From Grimontia hollisae CIP 101886 (GTDB lineage: Bacteria; Pseudomonadota; Gammaproteobacteria; Enterobacterales; Vibrionaceae): a stretch of DNA of 24,000 nucleotides. The stretch's first letter is position 1. Each line of letters starts with the position of its first letter. The DNA is taken from NCBI RefSeq assembly GCF_000176515.1, contig NZ_ADAQ01000013.1:1361-25360 (forward strand), written 5' to 3'. The notes beneath the pieces were generated by a model that saw nothing but the letters and a program-made list of their open reading frames with translations, ran no database searches and had not been told where the DNA came from. A program made the translations under genes and the position numbers. Positions 20,380 to 24,000 of this stretch are shown one piece after another.

Positions 20380-21369
20380 CTAAACCGAATTTCTACGCAC
20401 TAATGTTGGGCTGAAGATTGCCGGTTCTGCCTCGATGTTTTCTCCGCTCGCCAGTGCTAACGCTAATTTTGCCGCACGTTCTGCCATCATTTCGATGGGA
20501 TAACGAATAGTGGTTAACCCAGGACGGACGAAGCGTGCAATTAAACCGTCATCAAAGCCCACCAAGACCATATCCTTGGGCACGTTGATGCCGTTTTCCT
20601 CCAATACCGCCAGCGCCCCGGCGGCCATATAGTCGTTATAGGCAAACACGCCTGTAAAGGCTAACGATTTGGTGAGAAGCCGAGTCATTGCGATTTCGCC
20701 GCCATCACTGTTTGGTTCGCCGTATTCGATATAGCTTTTGGGCAGTTCAATACCGTGTGCATTCAGTGCAGCTTGATAGCCTTGCAAGCGTTGATGGGTA
20801 TCTTCGATATCATGAGACGATGCAATATGGGCAATGTTTTTGTGCCCGTGTCGTATTAAATACTCGGTCGCGATGAAGGCGCCTTTTTCATTATCGAGTG
20901 AAATACAACGTCCCGCCAATTGAGGAATATGGCGGTTGATCAGTACCATCCCCTTGACTTCATTCGCGTAGCCGACCAATTCTTCATCTGACAGTGCTTT
21001 GGCGTGAATGACCATCGCATCACACCTGCTGTGGATCAGCAACTCAAGAGCACGGCGTTCATCGTCGGCGTTATGGTATCCGTTACCGATTAACAAGTGC
21101 TTTCCCTGTTTATGCGCAATGCGATCTACCGACTTGATCATCGTACCAAAAAAGGGGTCAGAGACATCACCGACCAACACACCCATGGTATTGGTGCTTT
21201 GGCTAACCAGTGCGCGTGCGGCTGCATTGGGCCGGTAGCCTAATTTACTCATGGCTTTAGTGACCGAGTCGATAGAGGCTTGGCTCGCTTTAGGAGATTT
21301 ATTGAGTACACGGGAAACCGTCGCGACGGAAACGCCAGCTTCCTTTGCAACATCTTTGATCGTCGCCAT
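20380..21369 (-). CDS. galR: LacI-family galactose repressor GalR/GalS, 329 aa
   Basis: [29 protein letters not shown]...GVLVGDVSDPFFG...LLIGNGYHN...RLQGY...FGEP...GGE.AM..LL...LTT.RYPI..MA..AA.LALALA...FSPTLVRRNSV is colinear with E. coli GalR as I recall it. Confidence 0.85.
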   Translation of the reverse strand: MATIKDVAKEAGVSVATVSRVLNKSPKASQASIDSVTKAMSKLGYRPNAAARALVSQSTNTMGVLVGDVSDPFFGTMIKSVDRIAHKQGKHLLIGNGYHNADDERRALELLIHSRCDAMVIHAKALSDEELVGYANEVKGMVLINRHIPQLAGRCISLDNEKGAFIATEYLIRHGHKNIAHIASSHDIEDTHQRLQGYQAALNAHGIELPKSYIEYGEPNSDGGEIAMTRLLTKSLAFTGVFAYNDYMAAGALAVLEENGINVPKDMVLVGFDDGLIARFVRPGLTTIRYPIEMMAERAAKLALALASGENIEAEPAIFSPTLVRRNSV

Positions 21370-21499
21370 AGCACGCCCTTACTGGCTAAAAACTTAAACG
21401 AGAAGTATTGAACACTTACTGTGTAACGATGACAAATTGATAAACAGCTTGTCAGCGAAAAGACACGTTATTTCGCTTGTATGCAGAGATATTCAATCA

Positions 21500-21515
21500 A
21501 TGTATACGTTTACAG
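21500..21515. promoter_or_regulatory. GalR-like operator in the galR upstream region (possible autoregulation)
   Basis: ATGTATACGTTTACAG contains the near-palindrome TGTATACGTTTACA. Lies 131 nt upstream of the galR start codon. Confidence 0.45.
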
Positions 21516-21580
21516 CACTGGGAGAGTACAGTACGTCGTTATTTGCTTCAAGGTGTATACTGTTTTCCACGTTTTCTGTT

Positions 21581-22618
21581 TTAGGTGAATGACTTCACTT
21601 TCCAGCGGATATTTTCACCGGCACGGATTGGCACAACAATGTCCTGGCCAAATGGCATGGTGGCAGGGACCAGCCACGCTTCTTTCGTCAGAGTGACGGT
21701 GTCGGTGTTCCGTGGCAAGCCATAAAAATCGGGTCCATTAAAGCTGGCAAATGCTTCCAGGTTCTCCAGTTTTCCTTCCTGCTCAAACACTTCAGCATAG
21801 AGCTCAAGCGCTGCATGTGCAGTGTAAGAGCCAGCGCACCCACAGGCTGATTCCTTCGCACCTTTTGCATGCGGCGCAGAGTCAGTACCGAGGAAAAACT
21901 TTTTGCTGCCACTGGTCGCAGCTTCAACCAAGGCTTTCTGGTGTGTATTACGTTTCAGGATGGGCAGGCAGTAGAAGTGAGGTTTGATGCCGCCAACCAG
22001 CATATGGTTGCGGTTATACATCAGGTGGTGGGCAGTAATGGTCGCCGCCACGTTTTCATTGGCATTCTTTACAAAGTTTACGGCATCGGCGGTAGTGATG
22101 TGCTCAAGCACGATTTTTAAGCCTGGGAAGTCATTCACGATTGGCGCAAGAACCGTCTCGAGGAACGCTTTTTCACGGTCGAAGATATCCACGTCATGAT
22201 GGGTCACTTCGCCGTGTACCAATAGCAGCATGCCGACGTCCTGCATGGCTTCCAGAACAGGGTAAATGTTCTTTGCGTTGGTGACACCGGAATCTGAGTT
22301 GGTTGTTGCACCTGCCGGGTAAAGTTTTGCCGCGACCACCGCACCGGAGGCTTTCGCCTTGCGGATGTCGTCAGGGGCGGTGTTGTCGGTCAGGTACAGT
22401 GACATCAGCGGTTCAAATTGTGCGGAAGGCTTTTGCGCCATAATGCGTTCGCGGTAAGCCAGTGCCATGTCCGTATTGGTCACAGGAGGAACGGTGTTTG
22501 GCATGATCAGTGCGCGGCCGTTATAACGGCTGATATCGCGGACAGTATCTGCCAGTACATCGCCATCGCGAAGGTGGACATGCCAGTCGTCAGGGCGAGT
22601 AATCGTAAGTGTGGTCAT
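21581..22618 (-). CDS. pyrC: Dihydroorotase (class II), 345 aa
   Basis: ATG at 22616-22618 with GGAGGG 8 nt upstream. [12 protein letters not shown] metal-binding HxH; ...[13 protein letters not shown]...LLVHGEV...FDRE...LEHITT...LGTDSAPH are colinear with E. coli PyrC. Confidence 0.95.
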   Translation of the reverse strand: MTTLTITRPDDWHVHLRDGDVLADTVRDISRYNGRALIMPNTVPPVTNTDMALAYRERIMAQKPSAQFEPLMSLYLTDNTAPDDIRKAKASGAVVAAKLYPAGATTNSDSGVTNAKNIYPVLEAMQDVGMLLLVHGEVTHHDVDIFDREKAFLETVLAPIVNDFPGLKIVLEHITTADAVNFVKNANENVAATITAHHLMYNRNHMLVGGIKPHFYCLPILKRNTHQKALVEAATSGSKKFFLGTDSAPHAKGAKESACGCAGSYTAHAALELYAEVFEQEGKLENLEAFASFNGPDFYGLPRNTDTVTLTKEAWLVPATMPFGQDIVVPIRAGENIRWKVKSFT

Positions 22619-22681
22619 CAAGGCGTCCCTCCATAGCTAAAAATCGGATTGGCGCCTGTTAGCAAGGAATGTGAAATAAAA

Positions 22682-22697
22682 ACGCAAACGCTTGCGC
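22682..22697. promoter_or_regulatory. PurR box upstream of pyrC
   Basis: ACGCAAACGCTTGCGC compared with the PurR palindrome ACGCAAACGTTTGCGT as I recall it (14/16). Lies about 64 nt upstream of the pyrC ATG. pyrC is a PurR-regulon member in E. coli. Confidence 0.55.
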
Positions 22698-22986
22698 TCA
22701 GGCGGCAGGATGATAGTGGAAAAGGGCTTTTATTTCATCTTCTTTCTCTCATTTTCGGGGCGTGGTGACGTTTTGTATGTTGGCTGCGTACGAGTGGAGG
22801 GTTGTTTGTTTGCCCCTGTTTACAGAACACTTTTGAGTGTATTTCGAAATCAATATGCGTATTAATGCATTTATTGTTTGAAGGCATCGTCAAAATAATG
22901 CCTTATTTATCAGGCAACGGATGGTTTTGGTTTATGGTTTGGCGGCACTGAATGTTTAACAGCCAACCGGGCAAAGGAACTGGAAT

Positions 22987-24000
22987 ATGGAAAAATTGGA
23001 TTTCGCTGAGTGGCTAGGGATAGACATTCCCTTGGTTCAGGCACCGATGGCAGGTGTACAAAACAGCCGCTTAGCCATTGCTGTCAATGATGCTGGTGGG
23101 CTGGGTTCGATTCCCTGCGGAATGTTATCTGCAGAGCAAATTGTCGATGAAATCGAACAGTTTAGGGAGGCCAGTAGTAATCCTTATAATCTCAATTTCT
23201 TCTGCCATCCTTCACTTCCTTTTGATGAGATTTGTCACCGCCGCTGGCGGGCCGAGCTCAAACCTTTCTTCACGCGCTATGGTATTGATGAAAACACGCT
23301 GGATAACCGCGCCAGCCGATTGCCATTCAGTCACGAGATTGCAGATGTGATTGCACCTTATGCCCCGCCTATTATCAGTTTTCATTTTGGGCTGCCGGAG
23401 CCGTCTTTACTTGATCGGGTGAAAGGCTGGGGGACGAAAGTGTTCTCTTCTGCCACCACGGTGGAAGAAGCTGTGTGGCTGGAACAGCACGGGTGTGATG
23501 CTGTGATTGTACAGGGTGTGGAAGCGGGTGGTCACCGGGGGATGTTTCTTACAGAATCACTGGACTCCCAACGGCCAACGTTTGATTTGCTTCAGGATGT
23601 GGTTGACGCTGTTGGTTTGCCTGTCATCGCCGCTGGGGGCATCGCAACACGGGGGCACGTTGAGCATGCCTTGTCTCTGGGGGCTGCTGCTGTACAGGTG
23701 GGCACGGCGTATCTGCTTTGTCATGAGGCTAATACTTCGGCGCTTCATCGTCAGGCGTTAAAATCCAGTGCGGCGCAACATACGGCATTGACCAATGTCT
23801 TTTCAGGGCGTCCGGCACGGGGCATTGTCAACGGTGCTATGGCATCGCTCGGTTATATCAACGCGTGTGCGCCCGTGTTTCCCTATGCATCGATTGAAAT
23901 GGCCCCATTACGCGCCGCCGCAGAAAAAGAGGGCAGGGATGATTTCACGCCCTTGTGGTCAGGCACTAACAACGCTCATTGTGAGGAAGTCAGTGCGGCA
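22987..24000 (+). CDS. Nitronate monooxygenase / 2-nitropropane dioxygenase-family FMN oxidoreductase, 5' 338 codons (runs off the right edge)
   Basis: Own translation from the ATG at 22987 is open to the window end: MEKLDFAEWLGIDIPLVQAPMAGVQNSRLAIAVNDAGGLGSIP...VIVQGVEAGGHRG...PVIAAGGIATRG...GAAAVQVGTAYL. These are NMO family motifs. Not in the ORF track because no stop lies within the window. Confidence 0.85.
   Translation, partial: MEKLDFAEWLGIDIPLVQAPMAGVQNSRLAIAVNDAGGLGSIPCGMLSAEQIVDEIEQFREASSNPYNLNFFCHPSLPFDEICHRRWRAELKPFFTRYGIDENTLDNRASRLPFSHEIADVIAPYAPPIISFHFGLPEPSLLDRVKGWGTKVFSSATTVEEAVWLEQHGCDAVIVQGVEAGGHRGMFLTESLDSQRPTFDLLQDVVDAVGLPVIAAGGIATRGHVEHALSLGAAAVQVGTAYLLCHEANTSALHRQALKSSAAQHTALTNVFSGRPARGIVNGAMASLGYINACAPVFPYASIEMAPLRAAAEKEGRDDFTPLWSGTNNAHCEEVSAA

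Overview
Vibrio-like chromosomal window. The SglT protein here matches, from memory, V. parahaemolyticus vSGLT in length (543 aa) and most of its sequence.

The left ~3.8 kb is the distal end of a chromosomal (super)integron cassette array, with attC sites oriented R''->R' on the + strand. In order it contains:
- the tip of a truncated IS110-family element (1 to ~175);
- attC-1 (176-296 plus 1631-1642), split by a complete 1.34-kb IS1111-type element (294-1633);
- an inverted relB/relE-type TA cassette;
- attC-2 (2274-2396);
- a cassette with an orphan 144-aa ORF;
- a diverged attC (~2982-3150);
- an inverted parDE module;
- a degenerate attC 3' arm (3713-3770);
- an isochorismatase-family gene.

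The remainder is core sugar and nucleotide metabolism:
- a complete ebgR-ebgA-ebgC-transporter cluster (minus strand, 4482-10883);
- divergent galETKM (11264-15733) and sglT (16067-17698);
- a translationally coupled CBS/DUF294 nucleotidyltransferase plus DEDDh exonuclease pair (17800-20365);
- galR, pyrC, and the 5' part of a nitronate monooxygenase gene.

I recognised no rRNA, tRNA or CRISPR array.

Strongest finding: the ~250-nt non-coding tail of the IS contains hairpin-loop strings identical to the reconstructed empty attC target (9 and 11 nt). It also has shorter matches to the IS end-to-end junction. This makes it a candidate bridge/seek RNA programmed for an integron recombination site.

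Secondary leads are the uncharacterised DUF294-exonuclease pair next to an SSS transporter, the orphan cassette protein, TA modules that overlap attC arms, and a compact ebg-gal-sglT galactoside island with a readable GalR operator set.

All homology statements come from reading the translations and from memory of family motifs. No database search was run.
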